A program made the translations under genes and the position numbers. 60,264 nucleotides of DNA from Chiloscyllium plagiosum (taxonomy: Eukaryota): positions 31,705,479 to 31,765,742 of the forward strand of contig NC_057718.1 in the NCBI RefSeq assembly GCF_004010195.1, written 5' to 3'. The notes below the pieces were generated by a model, which worked only from the letters and a program-made list of their open reading frames with translations, had not been told where the DNA came from and ran no database searches. Numbering within the stretch: position 1 is the first letter of the stretch; each line of letters starts with the position of its first letter. Shown here in pieces: positions 37,316-52,100 of this stretch.

Positions 37316-40300
37316 ACACTTGAGTTAGATGCCAGGAAATATATAAGAGGATACAGTGGTATTAATTCTCCGATTTTACAGTAAACTTTGTGAAGGAAGT
37401 ATTGAGAATCTGTTCAGCATTTACCTGAAGGTGCAGCTGATATCAGAAACATATTATGGAATCTTGAGAAGCCACTTTCAATCATATGCCACTAATTGCC
37501 TAATGTGGTTCTGTCAAAATATTCAGACAATAAACCATTGGACATACACAATATGAAAATCTCTCAGAATGCAGTTTTTGTAGCAATTGCCTGGCTTGTA
37601 CCATGCTAAATGCACAAAGCTGATTCCATTTGACATGCTTGTAGAATAATGCAAACTACTACCTTTACAACATGAAAGGACAGGTTCAGGTCAGAATCAA
37701 GTTCGCAGGTCTTTATACTGTCAATTGGGAAAAAGCTGCACACAAATGGGACGTTCAAGTCAAATGAACTGTCCTTCACGTATGTCCCCTTTAACCCATT
37801 TCATTTAACTCTATCACTCTATCCTTGTATTTTATAATCTCCCTGTATTTAGTTCCACATGATTAATCCTATAAGAATATACATTCAATTATAAAGATTT
37901 GATGATCATTCTTCAGATGTCACATACAACAAACTGACATATTTTAAAATATGTAGTTTTTTGATACGTTCCCCTAGCACAGCAACAGGGGAAACGCAAT
38001 TGCACTTTCTGCCTTGTAAATGGTGAAAAACTTTAGAATCATCAAAACTATTCACTTTAAAATAATAATTTCATTAACTTGTGTGTTTTTAAAAACTTTT
38101 GTTCCTCCCAGATCCTTGGGTGGCCATCATGGCTTTCCTGGTAGCCTGTCCACATGGAGGAGACTTGACCCAATGTCAGTTTAATGCTGCTTGGGAAAAC
38201 GCAGTCACTAATTGGGTCAATTAATTGGTTCAATTGGCCACCCACCACTGATATATCGGGTGTTTTGTATCCTTTGGCAGCTTAAAGATATTGATCTCGA
38301 GTCCAAACTAGATTTCCTGCTTCTCAGCCCATCTCCAGAGGGTTAATAAAATTCAAGGCATTGAGTCATCATCCAAATGGTGGAACTTGTTTCCAACAGG
38401 CCTACAATGGAGACTGGAGCCACTTGGCAGTGAAAGCATCGGAAAATGGCATATTGGATGGAACAGCAGATTGATGTTCCATCTTTTCTGTTTTCCTTGG
38501 ATTTCACCCAAAAGGTAAGACTACCATTTTGTCTGTATCCTTTCATTTGCATGATGCGTTGTAAGTTGATATACTATGTTATAGTTATCCAACAACAAAT
38601 CCTTCTCTTTGGTGAGCAAAGCAAACATATTACAGTCATGAAAATATCTGCACATCCTACAAATTGGTGCTTCAAGTCAAAACTAATTACAGTCGTGTCA
38701 TTGGGATTTGCTTTTTTCTGGTATCATCTACTACGCCTTTAGGGCAGAATTGTTTTTTAAAAAAATCACTCTATGGACATTTCCTTATGCAATATAAATG
38801 ATTTAAATGATATACTTCTACTTTCCTATTCACCAGAGCATGCTCATCAAACTTTGATTGGCATGTGACAGCACAAAAATGTCATTAAGGTTAGCATGTG
38901 TTGAATGACCTACGAAGACCAAAGACTGTGAGAAGCACAGGAAATGTTTGAAAAAACATTATGCTGTCTGCTCAGCACTCGAACATGTCAAGTTCTAAAT
39001 GCAAGATACACAAATATCCTTTTTATTATTCAAAACAGTCAGTAAACCTATAATTTTTGAATTCTGGATGCCCAGAGTCACATCTATATTTTAGGAAAAA
39101 CAAACTAAAAGAAAATAAACATCTCCCAAGCCTCACCTCACTAACCCTGGAAGATTAACCCTAATGAAGCAAAATAACTTTGCATCATTACAAACCGTTA
39201 GATCTTTTAGAGTATTCCTATATAAAAGCTACTTGTGTGTTAACTTCATTTGGTTACTCAATCATTAATATACTGAGTAGCTGAACCATACAAAACCAGG
39301 ACAATAAGTTTAAATTCTAGTCTGCAGTAGGGTTCGCTGATCTCAGCCAAAGGGCTGATAACAATTAACCTCAATACGCTAAATTACAGAATTACCAGTC
39401 AAGATTTCTGCTTTTTATCAATAACCAGCGATTCCTAGCAGATGGAGAGTGTGTATGAATGACCATGAATAGAAAAAGGCTCAAATTGTGATAGCTTCAT
39501 GATCAAACACTCACCATCTATGCAAAAGAATGAGATATGCAAAAGACAACACAAGGTATCAGTGGAAATATGTTGCAGGAGAAATAATGGGAGAGACTTG
39601 GAGCAAAGCGAGAATTTGAAACTGACTCTTCATAATACTGTACTGGCTAGTTTTAGCTACTTTCTGCTGCAACATATGTAAATAAGCATTTTTTTTCCAT
39701 CCTTAAACATCAATTGCCTTTAAATGTAGCTTTAAAGTTAGATTTTACATTATATTATTGAACTTAAAAATGAGCCAAACCACTAGGATTATTCTATGTC
39801 GTCATGCACCATTATTTCAATGAAATGAACAAAATGAAATTGTGTTGCCAATTGAATACAATCAACCAAAAACCAGACTAAGCTATCAAAAAGCAATTAA
39901 GGGATGAAAATACAACACATTCAAATTGTATATCGTTAATTAAAGCCAAATTATGTTTTTGCACAACTGTACATCTTTTTAATAATGGTCAAGTAGAAGT
40001 TATTTTTGCACTTGTTTCACATCTCTTTAGCAGATCAAGAATACACATTTCATCCACAGTCCTCCTCCTTCCAACAAAAATGTGATGTCTTCCCAAGTGA
40101 CTAAATCTGCACTCAGATTTTGTTTGAACTGAATCCAAGTTCAGGGATTGCATTGCTAGCCAATCAAACCTCCCTTTTTAAATAAAATGCTGCGTTCAAC
40201 TCCAACACGATGAAGAATAAAATAAAAATTAGAAGCTTATTTTTACACTATAAAAGGTAAATGTTCAAACTGAGTAGCTCTATTACCAAAAAATGTTCGT

Positions 40301-40619
40301 TTCAGGCAAACTGGGCAAACTGTAACAAAAGCAATTAATCCAGAGGGACAATTACTCACATCTCCCTGGTCTTGTTCGCAACTGTAAGTATAAGAGTAAC
40401 TTGAATACCTACCTGAGAAATGTCATTAACTAGCAAGTTGAAATAAACACCTGAAGTCAAAATTTATGTCAAAACTCCAAAAAACATTTTTAAAAAATTC
40501 AGCTAAATATTAAATACCAATGAAACTACAAAACTATATGCCACATTCACTTGTTGAATATCATATCCAATCACTACTATCTGCTTTAGTTCTTATGTTT
40601 AAAGTTTTATTTATGTCCA

Positions 40620-43260
40620 TTTAGTGTCATTGATGGTCAGGAATTCCTGGATGGAGTGGTATGAGTCTTCTACTAGGTGTTTCAGTTTGCATTGAAGTTC
40701 CTTTGCTAGTCTGTATGTTTGTGCGCTGGGAAGTGAACTATGGTTCTGAGTGGTAGCCCATGGTTTGTGTACCTTTTGATCATCCATAGAAATGGGATGT
40801 GTTGGATCCTTCAGATTTCATTCTTTGGAGGTCTGTCTTGTTAATTTCACCTGTCTTGTGGAGTTTCTTCGGTGCTGATGTAATATAGTTTTCTATCTGT
40901 GGAGTTGGGTCCATTGCCACCTGTTGGTAGGTGTCAGTATCTGTGAGCAGTGAGTTTGCTTTTTCAATGTATTGTGTTCTGTGCCCTTTATCTGCCAGTA
41001 GCATTCTGATATTTCTGTCTTTTCTGAGTCCCTCCAGGACTTTCCTTTTCAGTGTGTTGAGGGTGTTTGCTTCTTTCTTTCTGCTTAGCGTTGGTGCTAC
41101 TGTCTGTCTGATGGCCTGCTGGATTTCCCAAGCAAGTCCACTGCCTTTGAGGGTGGATTTCAGTGCTGCTAGGAATTCCTTTTTGTCCGCATCCCAGTAG
41201 TTAAACTTCATCCCTCGTACTAGGACGACCTTTTCTGTGTGAGTGGTCGGATCAACAGGTTCTTTATCCAAGTCTCTGAATTGTTTTGCTGTGTGAGAGC
41301 TTGGCAGTTTTTCTTGTAGGGCTAGTCTTTTCTTTGTCTTGGTCTGCTGTTGTTTAGTGTTGACGGTTTGTTCTAGCGTACTTGTCCATTCCTGGTCAGT
41401 CGTGCTGGTGTACAGAGTTTTTTGGCACGGAATTTCCTGATCGTATTTGTGGAATCTGTTGTGGGCATCATTTCTCATTTCTCATAACATTCTGCAGCTG
41501 TTCTGTTCTAGTGTTCTTCTAGCTTGAGGGGTGTTCGTCCTGAACAGAGCATAATACTGTACATTGAAAAAGCAAACACAACACTCACAGATACTGACAC
41601 CTATCAACAGGTGGCGATTGACCCAACTCCACAGATAGAAAACTGTGTTACAGCTACACTGAAGAAGTTCCACAAGCCAGATGAAATTATCAAGACAGAC
41701 CTCCAAAGAATGAAACCTGAAGGATCCAACACACCCCATTTCTGTGGATTATCAAAGATACACAAACCAGGGGCTTCCCTCAGACCCATAGTCTCACTTC
41801 CCGGCACACCGACATATGGTCTAGCAAAGCAAATTGAAATTTCTAGTAGAAAACTTATGCCACTCCATCCAGGAATTCCTGAATATCATCAAAGACACTA
41901 TGGTAGAGGACGGTGAGGTCATGGTTTCCTTCAGTGTGACGGCCATATTCACATCAATAAACATCATCCTAGCCAAAGAAACACTGGCTACGCTACTACA
42001 CGAACCAAGGACACAAACAGCAGATAGCACCAACTCCATCAGCAAGAATAGCATCCTCAAACTAGTCCAGGATGCCTCACAATCCACTTCACCTTCAATG
42101 ACAAGACTTACAAACAAATCAATGGGACACCAATGGGATCACCAATATTAGGATTTTTGGCAGAAGCTGTTATGCAGAGATTGGAATGAACAGCCCTCCC
42201 CATGATCCAGCCCAAGCTTTGAGTCCGCTATGTGGGTGACACCTTTGTCATCACGAAACAGTACAAAATTAGAAGAAATCCACAAACACAAACAGTATCC
42301 TTACTGGTATAAAGTTCACCAAAGTGGAAGAGAACATCAGACCCCTCCTTCCTAGAGGTCACAGTAGAACGAAAAGCCAATGGAGAGCTGCAGACTAGCA
42401 TCGACAGGAAAGCGACACACACTGACAAGATACTCAACTACAGGAGCAATCAACCCAACACCCACAAAATGAGCCACAGTACACTGCAGCACCCAGGAAC
42501 TAAAAGATGCTGAAAAAACACCTATACAACGAATTCAAGAACAACGAGTACCTGATAACCACAGTCCACCGATTCTTACACAACAAACCTAAACAAGGCT
42601 CAGAGACTCTAGTCACATTACCACACATTAAAGACATCTTAGAGATGACGACCAGATTACTCCAGCCATTGACACCATGGCAGTCCACAAACCTACCACC
42701 GCATTGGAACAGCTCTTGATGAATCTAAAAAGGACCCTGTACCAACAACCATCAGAACAAACATCATATACAAAATACCCTGAAAGGACTGCAACAAATA
42801 TTACATTGGACAGACGGGCAGGAGACTAGCCACCAGGATATACGAGCACCAACTAGCCACCAAAAGGCACGACCAACTACCACTAGCATCTTCACACACA
42901 GGCGTTCAGGGACATCAGTTCGATTGGGACAATGCATCCAATCTGGGACACTAAACGAAGACACACACAGGAATTCGTTAAGACCTGGCATTCAAACTGG
43001 AACTCCATCAACAAACACATCGATTTGGAACCCATTTACGAACCTCTCAGAAAAAGAACTGGAAGTGATATCACCTATCACAACAGACCCAAGACACAAA
43101 CAGAAAGCAGGACAGAACACCAGCGCTTCAACAGAGGCTCACTGATGATGTTACCTAGCATAGTGACGAAATGCCTGAGAACAAAACTACTAGCTCAGCA
43201 AGCAAACTTACAACCTGAACCTCAACCTGAGCTACAAATCTTTACAAAAATCGCAAAGTT
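40620..43260 (+). mobile_element. Penelope-like element (RT plus GIY-YIG remnant on +, inverted 5' part on - at ~40620-41525)
   Basis: GLSKIHKPGASLRPIVS, GTPMGSP (42124), YVGDTF (42229), IIYKIP.KDC...YIGQTGR (42763-42823). Minus ORF 40780-41478 has LLADKG and repeats the same RT N-terminus. Hammerhead-like motif in the 3' terminal repeat. Confidence 0.9.
43138..43179 (+). ncRNA. Minimal type-I hammerhead ribozyme relic (cleavage triplet mutated)
   Basis: CTCA-CTGATGA-T-GTTAC-CTAGCATA-GTGAC-GAAA-TGCC-TGAG: stem I CTCA/TGAG, stem II GTTAC/GTGAC, intact CUGAUGA and GAAA boxes; GAAATGCC instead of GAAACGTC. Confidence 0.75.
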
Positions 43261-44349
43261 CTATTCTGCTATTAAACATTCACAACCTCATGTGAATATG
43301 TTTGTGACTAAACCTACAGTAAACAATTGCAAAAATTAAATAAATGATCTATGAAGCCATTTGTCATACTGGGATCTGACTTTCCCAGCTGATATCATCA
43401 CACATTGTAAATTTGAGCCTATTTTATAAAGTGTTTGATAATTGTTAACACTCAGTATGAACATAAAAACTGTATAACATATCAAATGCAGGATTATAGT
43501 GCAAAAACAAAGGGAAAATCTACATAAATTTTATAAATGCTATTTTTGAAAGTTTCATAATTTCATCTACGTCATTCTCTTTTTAGAACTTGTTTTTATT
43601 AACATTTTGTACCTGGCAAAACAATATAGTGGGTACAATAAGAAATTAGGAAATTTTGTTAACTCAGAAGTACTCCACAGCTCAAAATCTATGGGAATTA
43701 TTAGACTGATTCCATCTCAAAACTCAATTACCGTTTACTGTGGGAAATTTTCTGAAAGACTGCAATCCTATGCAGTTCTTAAAATCATAAATATTTCTAG
43801 AAAAACCTTAATTTAGAATATACTGTGAGTTACCACTGTAACATCAGATAATAATTGTTTATTGCCAATAAACTGCAGTGATTGATACCACTAACACAAA
43901 ATGTATCTTTTACTTTAGTGCAGAAAGCAATTCATTTTAACTGTTCTTCTGCATTTTCCATATAACCTATGTTTTCAATTTCCACTGTAATGAAATGAAG
44001 AATAATTCAAGACAATTCACAAGATTTTGATCATTTTATTTGAATTTAAAGACAGGTTACACAGAATTCTGCCACTTTGTGATCCATCAATTTGCGTAGT
44101 GTGAATAACACATGTAGTAACCAAATCCACCACGTTTCAATGCCAACATTTGTGTCTCAGGCGTGCTGCAGTGCTTCAGTCATGCTCAGCACAAGCCGGA
44201 GGAGCAAAACCTCTCCTGCTTAGATACCTTACAGCCTTCAGAACTGAAAATCAAGTTTAACAATTTCAGAGCATGAACTTTCATGTCTACTACCAACCAT
44301 ACAATCCCAGGTCCTGTCAAAAAATAGGTTGCTTTCAGCATAAACAAGG

Positions 44350-45730
44350 TATTTTTAAATATACGAAATGTAAAAGAGAGGCAAGAGTGAACACTTGTCC
44401 ACTGTAAAAAGAGAAATAGTTGTGGGGAACAAAGAAATGGCAGAGGATCCGAATGCTATTTTGCATCAGTTTTCACAGCAGGAGATACTGGCAGCATACC
44501 AGAATTTCGAGAGTCAGAGGTGAGTGCAGTGCCACCACTGAGGAGATGGTGCTGGAGAAGTTGAGGTCTGAAGGTGGAGAAATCACATGGATCAGATCAA
44601 CAACACCCCAGAGTTCTCAAGGAGAAAGCTAAGCTGATTATAGAGACTTCGGTGGTGGAATCACTTGACTCGGGGAGGGTACCAGAGGACTTGATAATGG
44701 CTAATGTAGCATCCCCGTTTAAGAAGGGAGGGAGGCAGAAGACAGGAAACTACAAGCCGGTTAGCCTGATCACAGTCATGAGTTAGATTTTAGAGTTCAT
44801 TATTAAGCATGAGACTAGGGAGCATTTGGAAGTGCATAGTGAGGTAGGGCTGAGTTATCATGGTCTTGTCAAGGTGAAGTCATATTTAACAAATCTTTTA
44901 GCATTCTTTAAGGTAATGAACAAGTTAGACAAAGGAAAGTCAGTGGATGTAATCTATTTGGATTTCCAGAAGGCCTTTTACAAGATGCCGCACAGGAGGC
45001 TGCTAAATAACAGCCCATTGTGTTAGGAGCAAGGTACTGGCACGAAATGAGGATTGGCTGACTGGCCGAAGGCAGAGAGTGGGGATAAAGGGGACTTTTT
45101 TAGGATGGCAGCCAGTGACTAGTGGAGTTCCACACGGGTCTGTGTTTGAATTTATACAATTTTATGTTTGGACCACAACTATTCATGTTGTACATTAATC
45201 ATTTGGACAAAGGAACTGAGGGCATCACTGCTACGTTTCTGATGACAAATATAGGTGGAGGGCCTGATAGTGTTGAGAAAATGGAGAGGCTACAGAAGGA
45301 GTTGGACAGGCTATGTGAGTGGGCAAAGAAGTGGCAGATGGAATACATTGTGGGAAAGTGAAAGGTTATACACTTTGGTAGGAAGAATATGGAGAGGCCC
45401 GAATACAGTGGGAATATAGAAGAAGTTTGCAGTATTTGAACATACCTGGATCTGAAGGCACAGCCTGAGAGTGAAGGGACAACACATTAGAACTGAGAGG
45501 AGGAATTTCTTCAGCCAGAGGGGGGGTGAATCAGTGAAACTTATTTCTGCAGAGGGCAGTAGAGCCCAAGTCACTGAGGATATTTAAGACAGAGACAAGT
45601 AGGTTCTTAATTGGTGTGGGGATCAAGGATGACAGGGAGAAGGCGGGAGAACAAATTTGAGAAACATATTAGTCATGATCAAATGATGGAGCAGACCCGA
45701 TGGGCCAAATGCTCCTGTACCTTATGGTCT
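44350..45730 (+). mobile_element. CR1 LINE ORF2 RT fragment with 3' tail
   Basis: GNYKPVSL, VDVIYLDFQKAF, LFMLYINHL and LCEWAKKWQMEY. Confidence 0.9.
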
Positions 45731-45773
45731 AACCAACTAATTTTCAACTAATCATAGCCGCCACACCCCCCCA

Positions 45774-45870
45774 CTTCATCAGGAAGGGCTTATGCACGAA
45801 ATGTCGATTCTCCTGCTCCTCGGATGCTGCCTGACCTGCTGTGCTTTTTCAGCACCACACTCTCGGCTTT
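45774..45870 (+). mobile_element. Penelope-tail fragment with truncated hammerhead core
   Basis: cttcatcag|gaagggcttatgcacgaaatgtcgattctcctgctcc: a short inverted piece joined at the core. Confidence 0.75.
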
Positions 45871-45929
45871 TATACATGGCCTTATTAAGTCCACACCTGT
45901 AATTTTGGTCTTCTGATCTGATCATTTTC

Positions 45930-46725
45930 CCTATGGTTGGGGAGTTCAAAACTCGAGGGCATATCTTGTTAAGGTGAATGGCGAAAGGTTTAATAGAGAC
46001 CGGAGGGGAACTTTTTCCACAGAGTGGTTCATATATGTGGAATCAAATGTCGGAGGATGTGGTAGATGCAGTATACTTGCAACATTTAAAGGCCATTTGA
46101 ACAGGTAGATGAACAGGAAAAGTTTAAAGGGATATGTGCCAAACGCAGGCAAGTGGGACTAGTTTAATTTGGAAAACTTGGTCAGCATGGACGAGTTGGA
46201 CCGAAGGGTCTGTTTCCATGCTGTATGACTCAATGTTCTGGCAAAGGAAGGACTGTGACAAAGGTTTATCAGATGGATTTCTGGGATGGCAGGGCTGAGG
46301 TATGAAGAGAGGCTCAGTCAGGTCGGACTCTATACACTGGAGCTTAGAGACATGAGGAGGGCATCTCATAGAAACCTATAAAATTCTAACAGGACTGGAC
46401 ATGGTAAGTGTAGGAAGGATATTCCTGATAACCAGGGAGTACAAAACCAGGGGTCATAGTTGAAGAATGGGGATTGGTCATTTCGGATTGAGTCAAGGGG
46501 AAATTCCAATGGCAAACCCATGGAATTCTCTGCCACAGCAAGCAGCTGAAGCCAAAACAACTGATGCTGTTCAAGGACTTTGATTACTTTAAGCTCAAGA
46601 ATTGCATCTCAGGACAAGGGGAGAAAGTGGGAAAGGGTGTTGAGTTGAATGATCAGGCATGATCATACTGAATGATGAAGCAGGCTCAAAGGGTTGAATG
46701 CCTACTTCTGCTCCAACATGCTATG
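45930..46725 (+). mobile_element. Two CR1 3' fragments (~45930-46232 and ~46235-46725)
   Basis: ggaccgaagggtctgtttccatgctgtatgactc tail; second piece ends gcctacttctgctcc. Confidence 0.75.
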
Positions 46726-48574
46726 TTTGTGTAATTTTGTTTTTCTTCATGCACAAACATATCTGGATTGAAGGTCTGACTGAATTCACCAGGAGGAAGG
46801 TTCAAGGTCCGAATGGAATTAGATGATTTCAGCTGGGGCAAGCATAATGGGAACTACAATTACCCTGAGTATCCCAGAGGTAGATTGGAGAACATTTTCT
46901 TTTTCTTGCTTCAGGTTTCTATCTCGTAACCACCTGCTATTAGTGTGCACAGGTTGGTGTTAAAGGAGCATTGAATTCAGCTCAGCTGTCACCTGTGATG
47001 GTATGAGCTTTTAAAGCTTATACATGATGACTGTTTGAGAAATGTTCAGTCCTCATCAAACTGGAGAAAAGAAAAATAATTTGCTGTAGTTCAACAGTTC
47101 GATAATATCACAATAACTATATTTAATGTATTGAAAACCTTTGAAAGCAAGGACAGTAATCTTAAGCTAGATATCATGAATGTTCTTTCAAGGTAATATT
47201 GAAGCTAAAGATTGTCAGTGTTGTTTATCCTTAATGATCTAGCAATGGCAGACAAATCTCACAGTTGAAAGTAAATGCCCAAAAGTTCTTGTTTCAGTCA
47301 CGCTAAGCCAGCAATAGCCTCAAGAAAAGGGTCTTCAATGCTACAAAGTTGCTGCGTTTGTGCAATCAATACAAACAAACTCCTCTACAGATAACTATGG
47401 TTAATAATTGTGAGTATTCTTGTAATATTTCTGCTTACATTAGAGTTAGTGAAGTACACTTCTGTTCCCAAATTGATCCAGCAACTCCTACAAAGTCATG
47501 TTTCCTCTTGGATGCCAAAGAGGAAAGACCTAGGCACTTCAACATACAAATTTAGGAAACAGGTCCTTAGACAGTTGCACATCTCTTCATTACACTTTTA
47601 AAAGTGTTGCTTTTCGTAATGGTCACTGCTGAGGGCTCCAAAATGAAAAAAAGCTTGGAGAATTCAGCAGTAGTTAATGCTCAGGCTGTCATACTGCTGT
47701 GTATATGAGTGACTACCAATTAACCACTTGGCCATGGAAAATTAATTATAAATGCAGAATCTCACCCCATCGGAATTGTATTAAACATTTTAAATTTTAC
47801 ATTTTGTTTTCTACCTTTCAATTCTCTTTACTCTCTGGATCCAATCTTCTCAAGGCTGGATATTTTTGTAATTAACCTTACCCGCCTACTATATAACTCA
47901 GAGATTGTTATTGTTCTAGACTATTTGGAAAAGCAAGCAGAACATCACACAATGTTAATATTTTTATCTTTAGCAGGTCAAGTTAGACTTGCTTAGGTTT
48001 TAAAATGTCAAAATAAATTAGAATCAGTGGACTGAGCTTATAGGCTGCCTTCAACTGGAAAACATATAGGAAATGGTTGCAGTTGCTAAACCGGACTGTG
48101 ACATTAAGCTGCAGAAACTTTATCTGCTGTTAGCCCAAACAGGAAAACAAACAGTAAGTGTATATATGTGCATTTGTTTCAAGAAGGAAGAGAAGTAAAA
48201 GAATCACAAAAGTTAAATTTGAAGACCAAATTATAAATCAGCAATAATAGAACAAATAAAATTAAATATCTATATAGACTTCTTTTTGCTCATGTGAAAA
48301 AAGATCACTTTTCCAACAACAACAAGCACAAAAGACCTGTAAATACTTTGGGTAAGAAAATCTTGCATCCATATAGTATCTCCCATGTTCAAAGTCATGT
48401 CGTTACAATGTAGGGCATGTTCAATAAATGATCATAGCCTGTTTGCAAGTATTGGCGAAGAGACACGACAATAACGTTTCTCTAATCCACAAACAGTGGC
48501 ATAGAATCATTTACATCTACCAGAGGCACCATATGTGGCCTTGGCTTACATCTTAGCACTGTTTATGTTCACTT

Positions 48575-49120
48575 GTGGGTCATAGGCTTCACTGGCTGGC
48601 CAGCAGTTACTGCCTATCCTTAGTTGCCCTTCAGAAAGTGGTGGTAAGCTGCCTTCCTGAACTGCTACAGTCCACAGACAGTAGATTGGCTCCCAATGCC
48701 CTTGTCGAGGGAATTACAGGATTTTGATCCAGCAACAGTGAAGGAATGGCAACATATTTCCAAGTCAGGATGGTAGTGGGCTGGGGGGGCTGTGATTTGC
48801 AAGTGATGGTTTTCCCATGTATCTGCTGCCTTGTCCTTATAGACAGAGATGGTTGTGAGATTGGGCACTGCTTCTTGGTATCTTTGGTGAATTTCTGCAG
48901 TGCCTCCTGCAGATAGTACACACTACTGCTACTGAGTGTCAGTGGTGGAGGGTGCGGATGCTTGTGGTTGTAGTGCCAATCAAGAAGACTGCTACGTCCT
49001 GGATGATATCAAGCTTGAGTGTTGTCAGGGCTTCACTCATCCAGGCTATTGGGGAAGTATTCCATCACATTCCTGACTTCTGCATTACAGATGATGGACA
49101 GGCTTTCAGGGATCAGGAGG
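48575..49120 (-). mobile_element. CR1-group LINE 3' fragment
   Basis: Reverse complement parallels 58600-59120. Confidence 0.7.
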
Positions 49121-52100
49121 TTAGATTATCGCTTAATATCTCAAACATTACATTGAAAAGGTCAATCCAAAATGGACTTGAGGCCATAACATTAGCAAGA
49201 GGTCTATCACAATATCTGGGCTAACATTCATTCTTCAACTGCAAAACTGGTGTTTGTAATACTGTTCTTCATGACACATAGCTGTGTACAAATTGGCTGA
49301 CACATTTTCTATAAGAGAATGCAATAGGACAGATGCCTTGAAAGGACAGTACTAAAGCATGTCTAGCTTTTCTTTTTAAAGCAAATATCTCAGGGTGCTT
49401 CGCAAGAACTTAAACGATACCAAGTTAAAGAAACAGAAATTAAGGAGTGTAATCAAAGGTTGATTTTAAGGGCTGACAGAAACAAAGTCAAAAACATGAA
49501 GTAGTAGATGATCCAAATACAATATTGCTGCATCTGATAAAGAATGCAATACTTTAAACTTAGCAGTGAAGCAAACCTGCACCTGGGTCACTACAAAATT
49601 AAGTCTGTTTTAGAAACCCAAGCAACAACCTTTAAGCATTTATAAAGCATTTATTTCAATACTGAAGAGTCCGGTGTTCTACCAATGACCTCTTTCCTAA
49701 AATCTGCGTTCAAGCATCTGATTAGATTGGTTTTAACTTCAAATAACTATCGACTAACCAGATCCATAGGTTTTGCAAAAGTCATTCCATTAGGTCAGGT
49801 GTAGGAGTCATTGTCTTCACTCAAGTGACTCAACATCCTCTAACAAAGGGACAAATCTTCTATTAGAACAGCTAGGAAACTCCATATAGAAAATGCAGTA
49901 CTTGTCAGTAACCAGTGAAGAAAATCTGCAGACCAGTATCTGCGATCATAACACCAGCTTTCAACAACCTTTTTTTTTCTACAAGAGGATTAGGTGAGAT
50001 ATTGTATGCCTTGGGACCAAGGATATTGCCTGAACACTGAGTTCATGACTCCTGTAGGGCATCTGAACAAAAACACATAAAATGAGAACCTCATTAAATT
50101 AATGATTCTGAGCAAAATCACTGACCCCCTCACACAAAGGTTCTGACACAGATTTGGAGGGATAGCTCAATACTGTCCAAAGCAAATGTCAACATTCGAC
50201 GTCATGCAATCCATGCTGCACTGCCATACTTTAGAAATAGGCCAAGCATTGGAATCTTTAGAGTAGTTTAGAGCTGATGAACAGCTTCAGAAAAGAGCAA
50301 GTCAAAAAGCTCTTCTGGTTGTCAGATCCTCAGGCAATGTCATAATGAGAAATCATTCCTGTACCCATTCCTCCCAAATAAAAAACTGTGCTCCATCAAA
50401 CTACCCAATTTTTAAAAAGCTACACGAAGTGTCCATGGACAATCTGGATGCTGTCCTGATATGACTAATTTCAGTGGCAATCCGTAAAATATTTACTTCA
50501 CCAATGTATTTGCCAATACATAGTACTGAATATAAACAAATCACAACATTGACTTCAAAAGTACTTCATTAGTTAAGAAGTGATTTGGGAGACCCTGAGA
50601 TTGTGAAAGGGATAAATAAATGCTAATTAATTATTTCTTTCTATAGCAAAATAGCAACCGTCATACAAAGCCGTTGTTCCTGCAGAGTCAGCTTGCTTAA
50701 TTATTGCAGATGCATGATCACAGCATACTGATAATTTCATCTGCACTTTTTGATAATAATAAACTTTGGACTGAAAGACTTTAGGATGGAATTTCCAGAA
50801 AATGGATTCAAGTATGTCGAAACACAAAGGTTGCAGTGACAGAAGAACAGAGTATACAAAGATAGAAGGCCATGTAGAAATATAAAGGATAAGAAATTTA
50901 AATATATAGCCCTGTAGGACCCCTTGCCATTCAGGACTCTATATAGGTTGGGATGTAAGGATGTGTTATGGACAAGCTGGAGTTACTGGAGGCTTGTGAA
51001 GTGAGAATTAATATAATTAATACTGGAAGTAAATATGGCATTTATGGGTTTTGTAGTGGCAAGTGCATTAAGACAAAGGCAAAAGCAGGAGGTGCTAGGG
51101 GTTGATGGTGTCTCCAGAATAAGGGGAATATGGTATTGAATTTGTGATTGAGAAGAGAGGGGATTTATACTGTTAACACAATGATAAGATTAAGTAATGA
51201 TATTCTAGCAAGAAATGCTTGCCTCACTGATTAAAGCAAAGTAATCAGAGTGAGTAAGCCCATCGGAGTGTAAATGTGGACAACAGCTGTTATCTAGAAG
51301 ACATTGAAATTGCACTTGAAATTTGAGTTCTGTTCATGACAGTATAATCTATACATGGTCATATATACATAACGGCAACTTGCCCACTAAAATATGTAGA
51401 GTCAGAACCTGAAGAATTCAACTTTATTCACATAAGGTTCTCGATTCATATTCAGTCTGATGTTGAGGAGGTAGAAAGATGCTAATAAATTGTTTTAAAA
51501 TACTGCTACAAGGAATGTACCACTTCAAAAAAAAAGATAAACAAACATCAGCAATGAGGAAGAAAAATGCTGAATGACTAGCAACTCAAAAGCCATAATA
51601 CAGACATCAGACTATAACGTACATCATAGGGACAATAAGTTCCATAAGACACCTATAAAAGTCTTGCATCTGGTACCCACCTGTTGAGCATGATACATCT
51701 TTTGACACATGGGACAGCCTGAGGCACAGCAAACATTATTTTTTTTTGTCCAGCAACTATTTACAGCAGCTTTGTTGGTTTACCGCACATAATATGTGCA
51801 CACCCCAAAAATTGAGGTTTGCAGAATTATTTAATTTGTTGAATATAATGCTAGAACATTACCAAGCAAAGATACAGCCATAGTGTTAGAAATGCCTTAA
51901 ACAACTTTCCTTACTGGAGGTTTGCACCTTGCCTATACATTCCATTCTGAAAGCTAAAGTACTTGCTGACATTTTAAGATTTCCATGCATGTCTCCCCCT
52001 CACTGTTGGCTTCCACTTCCTTTTCCATAACTTCAGCAATTTCTTCCAGCGGTCCTTTTAGCTAAGCAAAACAACAATGTCATCTCTACTCTGGCAGAAT

